NCBI GenBank assembly: GCA_048013815.1
Contig: CM106585.1
Location: forward strand, 10,292,001-10,356,000
DNA length: 64,000 nt
Direction: 5' to 3'
Origin: Setoptus koraiensis
Taxonomy: Eukaryota; Animalia; Arthropoda
Shown: positions 49,760 through 61,349 of the stretch, in pieces
Layout of the letters: each line of letters opens with the position of its first letter
Numbering within the stretch: the stretch's first letter is position 1
Translations under genes and position numbers: made by a program
Notes under the pieces: model-generated
What the model saw: the letters and a program-made list of their open reading frames with translations, nothing else
What the model was told of the DNA's origin: nothing
Database searches by the model: none

Positions 49760-51600
49760 GTTCCTTTATCAGTGTAGACTATGTCCCTTATATGCATACC
49801 CTGTCCGTTACACACACATAACATTGCAATTCAGAAAAAGTGAGAAAGGGCGCATCGCACGAACCCATTGATTCGAGCCAGCGCGACCGTATATGCTAGC
49901 CATGTATCGGCTTCGGGCTGGCTTCGTATCGGCTCCGAAAGAGCCTTTCACATAAATATGTTAGTATATAAACTTGTGCGCTTGTATGCAGCATGGGCTG
50001 GCCAGATTTGCGAGAGCTGATTATGCGCGCATGAGTGACGCATTAGTCACAAGAGGAACGATGATCGCCAAAAGTTTGCAAAGTTTGAGCCCGATTCAAA
50101 AGCAACGACAAGGCCCGACAGATCAGACGAGATGTATCGCGCGATATCCACACGTAAACTGCGGCCAAACTGTGATGTCGTTCATTACTGGCCAGCGGTG
50201 GGATCATTTGCGATGTCTGGCGATGCCCGGCGATGCTGCCGGCGCTGATGAGCAACGGGCAACATTAATTGTTCAAACTATCAAATTACTAATCATGGCC
50301 GCCGCCTCAGTCGTCATCTCAGTCGTCATCTCGGTCGCCGTCTCAGCGAGCATCAGCGGTCGTGGATTGTGATTCATAGTGACCACTGGCTGCTAGTGAC
50401 CACTAGTGACTCACCGGCACATATCGGCTGCACAAGGTTGCAGGCAACATCACGTTGCGTCGTGAACTCTCTCAATATATCGACGCTTCGTCAACGCACC
50501 AAACAACAACAACAACAACACTCGAAACTTTTATCCGAGCAACACTCGACTTACCTGTCGACTTTGTTACACACTCGGCGCACTCACAAACAGAGGACAG
50601 CAAATTGAGTGAGACGAGCTTAAACGGCACCTGAGCTGTCGAAATTTCATAAAATCTCAAACTTTTTGTGTGATGCTGCCAGATCGAAGCCGCTGCCGCC
50701 GCCGCCGCTGCTGCGATCCAATCCGATCCGATCGAAACATAAACATATGCGATACGTATGAGATACGTATGAGATACGTATGAGATGGTATAAGTATGGG
50801 CATAAATATATATAAATATTAATACAAATACAAGCGAGCACAAATCGTGCGCTCAGTGTGATCAATGGAGATCACATTTCGTCGATGAATCCGCCTTTCA
50901 CTCTAATTAGAGTGTGCCCATCAATCAGCGCCAATATTGCCATTGTCCGCCATGGTCTCATCAGGCCAGTCACGACTTGCAGGCAACAGCGCCACCACCG
51001 ACAACAACTGCGCTTTTGGCTAAAACTCTGGCTACAACTGCAACTCTGGCTCTCGCCTCTGCTCGGGCGATTATCTATGCACTCTCAAGTGGAGAGGCTC
51101 AAGTCGAAATTATAATTATTGTTGTTATTATGCAACACTACTTAATTTGCGCTGCTCGCCAATGGTCGCCGATGACCGCCGATGGCTTCGATGGCTTCTA
51201 TGGGGCCGCCGATCCGCTCGATGCTATCAATATTTAGATTAATATCACTATAATTATTGTTGGACGAGCGCGGAGACGGTCCGAGTAACAAGGTCGCTCA
51301 ATTATAAGTCGGCGCTTCATCAATATCTTGTCCGTAGCTATCGGGCGCCAGATGAGAGTTCATTTCCATCCATTTGCACAGCAGAATATTGTTGTTGCTC
51401 GACAACAGCAGCAACAGCAACAACAACAACAACTCGCTCGGCAAGACGTCGGCCCGATATAGACGTTTAGACGAAACGTAGCTCGGGCGAGCAGCGCCGG
51501 AGCACGGGATATTAATCAACGAATTGGTCGCCCGTTGCGCCGCTGAAACAAATCGATCGAGAATTAGATTTAATCAAGCCGCATTGTTGTTCTTGGCCGG

Positions 51601-51680
51601 AGCTGCCCCCTCGCTGATGAAGCTGCCCTCTCGCTGATGAAGCTGCCCGCTCGCTGATGAAGCTGCCCGCTCGCTGATGA
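51601..51680 (+). repeat. 20 bp tandem repeat x4 (AGCTGCCCGCTCGCTGATGA)
   Basis: Direct reading. Confidence 0.95.
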
Positions 51681-53619
51681 TGCTGCCGATGCGCCTCTCC
51701 TTGATTAAGAGTCATCATCTCGCACAAAAAGATTATTAATGATAATAATAATAATAATGTCCATTATTGATTGATTTCTGCATCTCTTTAAATCGACACA
51801 CACACTCCTCCATCGCCACAAACAGCTGTTCACCTGTCCGGCTCTCTATAACAGAGACTCTATTAGTGTGTGTCGCTGTGTTAAGTTTCCACCTGAGTCA
51901 CTGTATTTTTATATATTTCATATGTATTTCTGTGTATAAATACATACAGAAATGCAGTGAGAACGTACAGCGATTCGAAGCAACAAGTCAATGGGAGGAA
52001 GAACAACAGCAACGGCAACGCCAACAAGTTAATCTGGCTGCCTGGCGGTGTCCAACTGGGCACAGTTCAAATGAGTAATCATTTTTTGCTCGCTTCTCTA
52101 TTTGATTTTATCTGCTCGCTCGTTTCTTTCGCGTCGCCTCACCTTGGTCGCACTCGCCAAGGTCAGCTCGCTCTCTCTCTCTCTCTCTATAGTGCTGTCT
52201 CTGTCGAGCTGTCTCTGTTTCTCGCTGCTCGTTCTCACGCAACAAGTGCATGCATTGTTCTTCGTGCTCGTAGTTGCTGTTAATCAATAAACCGAACGAT
52301 CGGCCACAGATCGAGAGAACTCAATTAGGACAATCGTTCGTCTTGGCGATATTAAACGATCCGATTGTCCGATTACGTGCACGCCGCTTGATCGATTGGG
52401 CCAAACTCTCAACTGCAGCCACTCAACTCTGTGCCCACATATCACTGATATCATATCAGCGATGTCGAGCGATTTCCAGTCGCAATTACGCCCATACGAG
52501 CTAACATAATTATTGCGCAACCGGCTAATTGGTACGTGTCGACAATACAATATCAATAGCACGGCGCGACTATCGGCGTATAATACAATTATGGTCCGTC
52601 ATGGGGCCAGTGCCTCATATCGTCTCTCTATCATATCCGCCGGACGGTTGGATCGATTATCTGTATATATAATTTGTCGTATATAATAATGTCAAAATAC
52701 AAAATATGAGCTGAGAATCGCAAACAAAACTATTCGCAAATCAACAAACATCCCGCCAGTGACATTTCGACACGTACACAGCAAGACCCAGAGGCAGTCA
52801 GTTGCAAGCATAGCTCATAACTTGGCTGCTGAGCGTCACTTTCAAAAATGAGCCACCAAATCGAGCTTTTCACCTTGTGAGCAAGTGCAACATTTCGAGT
52901 TCAATCAAAAGTTGTATTATTAATGAGCAAATCTATCATTCAGAACGATTTGGCCGGCATTGTGTGGCAACGGCCGCTGAACGATTTGACTATTTCGGAT
53001 AAGTTGGGATAATTTTAGAGAAGAAGCAAGACGAGCAAGCCCTAATTAAAAACAGCAACAGCAGACGCTGTCGCTCGGCGAGAACTCTCCACGATAATTA
53101 ATCATCAAACTTATATATTATATTATATTTCAGCCATCGATGATGGAACTGGCCACAGCGGGCGCCCTCAGTGGTTCGGTTGCAGTTCGTAGAGTTTGTT
53201 TTGTCTGCAGAGTTTGTGCAAATGGTGTGCGTATCCCGAAAATGAGCCAACCAATCTGATGGACCGACCGCCACCAATCGGCGTTTCTCTCGGGGCGCCA
53301 TCTAGACAGCGGGCCGAGAAGATTGAAGTTTCGAGTTTTGGGCTCGCAATTGTCGCGATTGTGCCACTTGTTACGATCGAGACGATTCTTGCGATTGAGC
53401 CGATTCTTGCAAGCGGCAACTATCATAGGCGACTGGCAAGCAAAGAGCGACAACAAGCGGCAACATGATGCGAGTGGCCGCCAATCGTTTTTAAGTGGCT
53501 CACCGGCACTTCCGGTCGACCAAACTGCACAAACTGTGCCAGTGGTGCAATGTCGCCGGCAATGTCACCGTTTGCGGCGCTGTGCGCAGTGTCACCACCT
53601 GTTGTGTGCCGCTAGTGGT

Positions 53620-53672
53620 CAGCGGTCGGCGTGTTGTTGCGGCCAGCGGTCGGCGTGTTGTTGCGGCCAGCG
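53620..53672 (+). repeat. 24 bp tandem repeat x2 (CAGCGGTCGGCGTGTTGTTGCGGC)
   Basis: Direct reading. Confidence 0.85.
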
Positions 53673-54929
53673 GACGCAGGTAGCGATCGGGACGGACCGC
53701 GTGTCTTCACGCATGGTTGCGCGCCTGACAAGAGCGCAAGTGCCGAGGGAGCCGGCATGTCGGCGGTGTTGTTCGGCCGGCCCGACAGCGCCGACTGCCG
53801 GCCGAATTCTTCTCGGGCAGGCTGCGCTGTTGCCTGCGACTGTCGACTCGAGTTACTACATTGCAGAGATTCCATTGAGATTGGCACTTGTGAGGGCGAC
53901 TGGCGGCGAGAATCGGCCCACGATCGGGCCGGTTGCGGCCTGTGAATGGCGGCCGAGCACGAGCGAGCATTTGATATCTGTCCGAAGATATCAAATTTCA
54001 ATAGTGACGCCCGGCCGCGATATTGCGATAGCTGCAAATATTGCCGAGAGAGAGCCATTGTGGCCTGTCCGGCGCTTGACAAGATGCGCTGAGCGCGGTT
54101 GATGAGTGGACTCGCCCATGACGGGCACTTGATTGGCGAACACGACCCATTTAATTGGCCGCCAGTCGCTGGCTCTCTCGCTCTGCCTCGAATGGGCATG
54201 CTTGATTGGACCGACTGGCCGGGGTCAATTAATTAGCAGCGGCAGCGTTGCCACATTCGCTACGTCGCGCATCAAATTTGCAGCGAGTGCAGCGAATAAT
54301 GATCCATTATATGTAAATATCTCTCTCTCTCATAAATGTATAACATGATTGTTGGCAGAGTTTGGCAAATTTTGGCAGCGGCAGCACCTTCGCGCTAGCA
54401 ACGTTTGTCCTGTTGAGCTGGCACTGGCAGTGATGCAACTGAAAACTAATTGCTCTGCGCCGGCTAATTGGAAAAATGTTGCTTTTCATATTGTTTTCGA
54501 CACACGGCGCTTGTGAGAGCAGCGTTTGTTTGCTTCGTCTGTCTGCCGGGCAACAGGTGAGACGGCGCTCACCTGACGAGCGCTTGTGCGGCTCGAGAGT
54601 CGGGCGAGCGCTTGTGCGAGAGGGCAGTCGCGACTCGCGAGAGACAAGTTGCGAGCCGAGAGAGCAGTTTGATTTTGAGCGAATTTGATAGGTGAAGAAG
54701 CGGCGAAAAATTGTTGCTGGCATGGCCAGCTAACGAACATGAAAACTATCAAACTAATCAAGGCGAAAAGTTGATCAGTGAGTGATGATGAACTTTGTTG
54801 GCCATCAACTTGATTAGTTGCTGTTGTTGTTTTGAACCCTCGCTCTGCTCGCAGCGTTCGCAGATTCGCAGCTTGCGCTGGCAGACTGAAGTGGCGCATT
54901 CGCAGGTTGCAGTCGCAGATTCGAGACAG

Positions 54930-55000
54930 ACTCGAGCGTTCGAAGGCTCGAGCGTTCGAAGACTCGAGCGTTCGAAGCGGACTCGAGCATGCGAAGACTC
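54930..55000 (+). repeat. ~16 bp tandem repeat (CTCGAGCGTTCGAAGA) x3-4
   Basis: Direct reading. Confidence 0.85.
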
Positions 55001-56284
55001 GCAGACGCGAGCACAAGCAGAGGGAGAGGGCCAGAAAAGAACACTTCGTTAATTCTTCTGCTCGGCCGGTGTGTGTGTGTGTGTGTGTAGGCCACGAACT
55101 TGCATCGCTTTAATTATAATTATCATCGGATTGCTATTGACGAGGCTGGCTGTTGTGCGTTGCAACGAGCAATGACGAGCCGACTCAATCGTCAGCCTCT
55201 TCAAACACACAAACACATTCGTTCCGGCCCGGCGTGGCTTCTTCGGCGTTCGCCATTCTTTGCGCCGCTCCGGCGACCATTCTTTGCAGCAGCTCGCCTT
55301 TGCAGCGCCACTCAGGACAAACATGCCAGCAACGTTTATTATTGAGCAATAATCAACAAGTTTGATTATTGATCATAATCATATTTCGTTGCTGTTGCAC
55401 TTGAACTTTTGTTTGTGGCATCCTTTCTTCCTCCTCTTCTCCTTCTTCGTACTCTTCGTATTCTTTCGCGCTATTCGTATCCTTCGTATTCTCTCGCGTT
55501 CTTCGCATTCTGCGTATTCGCAGTCGCATCCTCATTCTTATCAGCCGACTCTCTCATTGGCTTCCCACTCCAGCGCTGTCTCACAACAGCAACAGCGACA
55601 GCAACAGCGCAACAAGTGCAACAGCCGACTCTTTGCATAAACAGCAAGCTGCGAATAAATATTAAAGAGCGCAGAGAATATTCTAATCGAACTTTAACTT
55701 TATCCTCATCTCGAGCCACAACGAGCTGTTTGTGAAAAGTCCGGCCGGCGATGCGCACACAGCGATTCGATAGTGGCCATTGTTGGCACTGCGCAGCTTA
55801 AAAAACGTTTAAAACGTTGCCCATGGTGATAACGCAACCAGCTCACCTGTTGCCGAGATTGGCGAAATGGTTGGCGGCCAATGAATGACAAACTAACTAA
55901 CTCGCTGTGAGTGACATCTGTTTGCGTGTTGCTTTGTTTGTTTGAGTTGTTGCTGCTCGAAATTCGAATGCACTTGTTGTTCGCTCGTTGTTCGCTCGTT
56001 GTTTGTGTTGTTGTTGTGTTATTGTTGTGCTGTTGTCGTTGTTGTGCTGCTGTCGTTGTTGTGCTGCTGTCGTTGTTGTGCTGCTGTTGTTGCGTTTTGT
56101 TGTAGTTGTTTGTGTTGCTGGTGCTGCCGTTTGCGGTGCTGGCGCTGGTGTCGCTGTGCGCCGACAAAGAATTCAACAAGTGTGAAATGGCTACTTTTGT
56201 TGTTGTAATTGTTGTTGTAGTTTATGTGTTGCTGCCACTGCGCTTGCGGCCAATTAATTTCGCAGCCACCGCCAGCCACACAAG

Positions 56285-56365
56285 CCACATAGGCCAGCGA
56301 AGTAACATAGGCCAGCGAAGTAACATAGGCCAGCGAAGCCACTCAGGCCGGCGAAGCCACTCAGG
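56285..56365 (+). repeat. 18 bp degenerate tandem repeat (CATAGGCCAGCGAAGTAA / CTCAGGCCGGCGAAGCCA)
   Basis: Direct reading. Confidence 0.8.
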
Positions 56366-59300
56366 CCAGTGCGAGGGCTCGCGAAAGGCCGAGCGGGCCG
56401 CCGAAGCCGGCCGAAAACAGCCATTGAAGCGGCCATTGAAAGAATGGCGCCCATTCGAATGTGGCCAACAATGAAATTTGCAGCAGCTTGTTTGCGGCCG
56501 TCGCCAGCTCGCCGCGCTCCGTCCGACGGTGCGACTGTCCGGCGGTGCTCGTCGTGTGCGCGCTGGCCGGCATTTATTTATTTTTGCCATAGTTATTTGT
56601 TCGTATTATCATTTATTTATTATTTAATATATATTATCATCGCGTTATTAATGAAGTGAGCGCAGTGAGCCAAGTCACACACGAACACACATGCCAAGGG
56701 ATGCAAAGAGTATGCAAAACACCACCGACAAGCCCCGAGCCAATGCCAACCAGCGCTGATTGGGGCGCTAATTAATTGGTAATTGTAATGATTATCATAA
56801 TAAAGCAGCACACACTTAATTGATCTGAACAGGTCGAAGCCCGAAGCGAGAGGTCTATTGCCACTGCATGCACTGATAATGGCAGCTCGCTCGATTATCA
56901 TCATTAACTAATGATAATGATCGGCCTGGCGCTGCCATCGTGGTCGTGGTCGTCATGGTCAAATTAATGTTAATGCCACTCGTTGCCACTCAAGCTGTTG
57001 CTGTCGCTGTTGCTGTTGCATCATACAACAACTTGTATGAGCCAGTTCGCTCTATTATTCCGACTGCCATTTCAACTGCCCTCACAACTGGCGCCAAATT
57101 GACTCAATCAGCACACCATCCAGCTCGCCTCGTTACGCAATAGTGCGCGCATCAGTGCGAGTGTGAGCTTGTTATATAATCAATGGTGAGCTCACCTGTC
57201 GCCTCGAGTACAATGCCGGCCGACGCCACTTGTGTGACTGGCAACAAGTGTGCAGCAGCAGCAGCAGCAGCAGTGGCTAGCACTGGCAGCAACCATAATT
57301 AGTCGTCGCCGCTTAATTACATGACCGTCAGGCGCTTAATTAGCCAGCAGCAACCTATAAACATTGTATGTGCAAAACTTGTCGCCTACCTATTCAATTA
57401 AGCGACACATTAACGTTAAGTGTTACACGCCACAAACAACAAATTGCTGCCGCTGCCGCTCGTTTGTTTGTTGGCCTGCCTATAAAGCAAGGGGCAAAAT
57501 TCATTAATTACACTTATAGGCCACACATGCCCGTTTGTACTCACCAGTGCCCGCCAATTGCGCCTGTCTTAATTAATTATTATTTTAATTGATTAAGCAT
57601 TTTTAATTAAAACTTTTGTTTCGAATGCGCTGCATCGTTTGCTGCGGTCGCTCTAGCCCGTCGGCCGCGGGCCAGGGACGTTTGCTCGACGTACAAAATC
57701 GCGACGTATGAAATCTCGACAATAAAATTTCTCGACGGACATTTTCGTAATTTCGAGAATTCGCATTTCCAATAACATCTATTTGCCCTATTTCGGTCCT
57801 TAATATAAGTGTAACCACCGTCACTTGCCTCCCATTTCCCCCTTTTGGCTGATTGTCACTCTACAATAGACATTATTGTTGCTTGAACTGGCTGAAGAAC
57901 TTGTTGAAGACATTGTTTGAACTAACAAATTGTCAATTAGACTAGATCTGACTTGACCAGCTAATGCAAATGATTCAAATGAGATTTGAATTCTCAGATC
58001 CAATCTTTCAATTTGAAAGAATGAAACATGAATTGAAACAAATATGAAAACTACATCTCGTGAGAGATTGTTTTCTTGCATCACTGAAAGATAGTAGCAA
58101 GATATTGACAACTAATTTGTAACTGTTGAAATTGATTTGATTCTCATGAGAGATTGTTTTCTAGCTTCTCTAGACAGTAGTAGCATAGATAGATTAAATA
58201 ATACAGTTCTCATTCTCCATCCGCGTGACCGGTAAACAGAGAGATAATGAGGCGAAAAAAAGCTTTGTCGAGATTTCGTACGTCGAGATTCCGACCCAGA
58301 CCAGTCGGCCGCACACCGAATGCTGCTTCGTCGAGTGCAAGTTGCTGCAAACACTTTCGCCGTTGCTCATTTGGCCTCACAATTTCTCGCCTAGCCTCAC
58401 GATTTCTCGCCTGGCCTCAGAACTATATCGAGCCACAAACACCGCGGCGTGAAACGAATGGCGCACCGGTTTGATTGGCGCAGCCAACAATTAAAACTGT
58501 TCGTTGGTCCAATTCGCTCATGTTGCGCCTAGCTCAAGTGGCGCTGCAAGTGGCGGCCCGACAGTTGATAACGACAAGTGAGCAACAGTTGGCCGAAGTG
58601 GCCGAATTGGTACAAATACAATTATAAATATAAATACAAATCGCCGAACGAATGCGTTGGCCCAATTCGACTCGGCACTGTGTGTTTGCATGGAAGCGGT
58701 CAGTTGCATGCAAACACACAGCGCGATTCCGATGGCCAAACGGAGCAGAGTTGGCCGGTGCAAAATGCACTCCGATCGCCATTGCCAAAGGAGCAATTGC
58801 CAGAGATGGACAGAAGATGCCACTCTCACAGGTGAGTCAGCTGAGCCGAAGTGGAGCCGAGACAAAGCTCGATCTCAGGCGAGCGCTGTGAGTGCAAGTC
58901 GCTGAGCTGAGTCGCACACTCGAGGCCACTGCGGCCACTATGGCCACACCACCGCGGCCACCGCAACACACTGACCACAGGAGGTAAGAATTCGAAGGCT
59001 TTGGGAGCTTCGTTGGGGCTCGCTGGTCGGCGCCGTCCTATTGAGATTTCTCTATGAATAATGACGCTCGAGTGTTGGCACTCGAGTGCACGGCCACGTT
59101 GTGCCGGCCCTCGGTTCGTGCTGGTCAGTTGGTCGCTTGTTTGGCCGCGACGTTGGCCAACTGGCGTTGCGCAAAACAAACGAACACTCCAACGATCGTG
59201 TGTGTGTGTGCAAAAGAAGCGAGAACAACAATTCGCATTGTTCCTTCGAAGCTCACCTGTGCTCGCACTCGGTTGTTGCCGCAGTGGTTGCCGCAGTGGT

Positions 59301-59907
59301 TGCCGCTGTCGCTGTTGGCGCAGCGGCCGGCATAAGTTGAAATTTCAATTTTAATTACTTTTTTCTCGACTTCCACCGAAGCGCCGCGCCGCAACGCGCG
59401 TCATCTGGCCAAATTAATCAAGCAAAATCGTTTTATCGTCGTTGTGCCCGGCGCTGTTTGTGCAAGCTGGGCCGCGTTTGCACCGCGGCGACTTGTCGAG
59501 CGCATCGTCGCCGGCCGGCTGACCGGCAATCATTTTTCACATACTTTTATGCGAAAATAAAACTATGACAGCAATCGGTTTGAAAGCCATAAATGCGACC
59601 ATCGGCAGCGCTGAAACTTTCGTCGTTTTATTTCCACTGCGTGCTGGTCGCGGTCGAGGATTTAACGTGAAAATTTGCTCCAAACAGCAAACAGGCAAAA
59701 TAAGCTTTCGGCTGCGGCCTCCGCTCGCGCAAATCCCTGAGGCGCCGGCTCTGAGCAAGCACTCAGGTGATCGCGTCACATGACGATTTGAGCACTCGAT
59801 GATATTGCACTTGAGACCGCCGAATCGGCGCTCGAGCGATGCGAACGCAATATTAACGAGTTATAACACAATATTGAGGGCACGTGCTGGCTCGTTTATG
59901 GTGTTTG

Positions 59908-59966
59908 CATTATCTCATTATTTTGTACTATCACATTATTTTGTATTATCTCATTATTTTGTATTA
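59908..59966 (+). repeat. 18 bp tandem repeat x3 (TATCTCATTATTTTGTA(C/T))
   Basis: Direct reading. Confidence 0.85.
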
Positions 59967-60712
59967 TCGCATGGTGTGTATTGTAGCCTACAATTAGTAG
60001 GGCCCGATAGAAATACATACATAAATGGCATTGTTGGCATTTATATATAGTATGGCATTCAGTGGTGAGTCGCACAAGAGAAAAGAGTTTGCGACGAGCG
60101 CCAATCGAACAGGTCGATTCGAATGCGAGCTGCGATTAGAATGGCGATTGTCGGCTTCTTCCACTCTAATTGGGACTGGGCACTCTTATTCGGCCACTGG
60201 CGATGCTGCCAATGAACGAGCCGAACAATTAATTGCGAATGGCCCATGTTGGCAGCCAAGCCAACAACAATGAGCGCAACACAACAATACGCAACAATGA
60301 TACTCGCCAGCTCGCTCGGGCAACATCAAATCAAGTAGCGGGCTTAGTGAATCGAGCAAGTTGCAACATTTAAACAGTTGAACGTTGATCAACTCGACAA
60401 CAAGATTTGAGATCGGTGGTCATTCATTTTGCATTTGCACTTGCGCCACGATAATCAAATGATGAGCACGATGACGCAAGCATGTCGATTCTTTGTTTGT
60501 TGCTGTTCTTTTATCTCTGTTTCTCTTTTTGTCTTGCTTCGCTGTCTTGTCTGTCTCATTTCTCTGTCTGGCTGTTGCAGTTGCAGTTGCTGTCGAACCA
60601 CCTGTTGAGAATTGTTGTTTCCATGGTGTGTTGTTGGTTGCAATTGGTTAGTTGTTATAAGCAGTCGCTCGTTTGCCAGTGATAATCTCTTTTGTTTTGT
60701 CCACTTGTTTGT

Positions 60713-60783
60713 ATGCAACCAACAGCAACAGCAACAACAACAGCAACAACAACAGCAGCAACAACAGCGGCAACAACAACAGC
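60713..60783 (+). repeat. (CAA/CAG)n microsatellite
   Basis: Direct reading. Confidence 0.9.
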
Positions 60784-61300
60784 GTCTAAACGCTGACCAA
60801 CACACTTTGTTGCACACTCTGCAACTTGCGTCCACCTCTGATACTATAAATAAAAAACAAATGACCGCCACCATAATACTGTTTGCATACAAACGTATAT
60901 ACATATGATAATAATAAACGTCTTGCGGTTGACAATACACTGATAACACACTAATGACGCATCATGCAAAAGAAGCATCAATTTAACTTTGTATCCAGTT
61001 TAACATTACAATCACAGCAAATGCACAACATCTACAGCTCGATAGCTGGCAAAATAGATGTACAGTGCTCTAGATTTCGACCGGTATTTCGCCACAATCG
61101 ATACATTGTTTGCCCTCGGCCCTTCTCACTGCGAGCTCCTCACTGGCAGCTTCTTGCTAAGAACTTCTCACTATCAACTTGTTAGGCGCTTCGGCAATCA
61201 CAATCGAAGGTCAACAGCAACTCGAACGATCAAGTCGACAATTGTTGCGAGTCTCGATGGATGCTCGCTCTTGTCAGAGACTCACAAGCACCAATGCCAG

Positions 61301-61349
61301 TGTTTTATAATGTACAAACTTCATCTGTACTTTATGATTCTTTTATTCG
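61301..61349 (+). repeat. 49 bp direct repeat, copy 1
   Basis: TGTTTTATAATGTAC(A/C)AACTTCATCTGTACTTTATGATTCTTTTATTCG, one mismatch to 63679-63727. Confidence 0.92.

Larger units (their letters stand above)
49379..49812 (-). mobile_element. TRIM (miniature LTR retrotransposon) with tRNA-like cassette in both LTRs
   Basis: 5' LTR 49812-49631 (TGTAAC..ATTACA), PBS TGGAGGTTCTGCCC 49630-49617, ~100 bp non-coding interior, PPT GCGGGGGGA 49518-49510, 3' LTR from 49509 (TGTAAC); 132 bp shared by both LTRs with 3 differences. Confidence 0.85.
48773..50790 (+). repeat. Composite repeat copy 3 (A-full TRIM-B-C-D)
   Basis: Matches copies 1 and 2; one extra 15 bp CGAAGAACTGTCGTT unit in module A. Confidence 0.95.

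Noticed and set aside
51601-51680. C/D box snoRNA array (TGATGA, CTGA)
   Set aside because: Boxes overlap within a 20 bp tandem unit; no guide region or terminal stem
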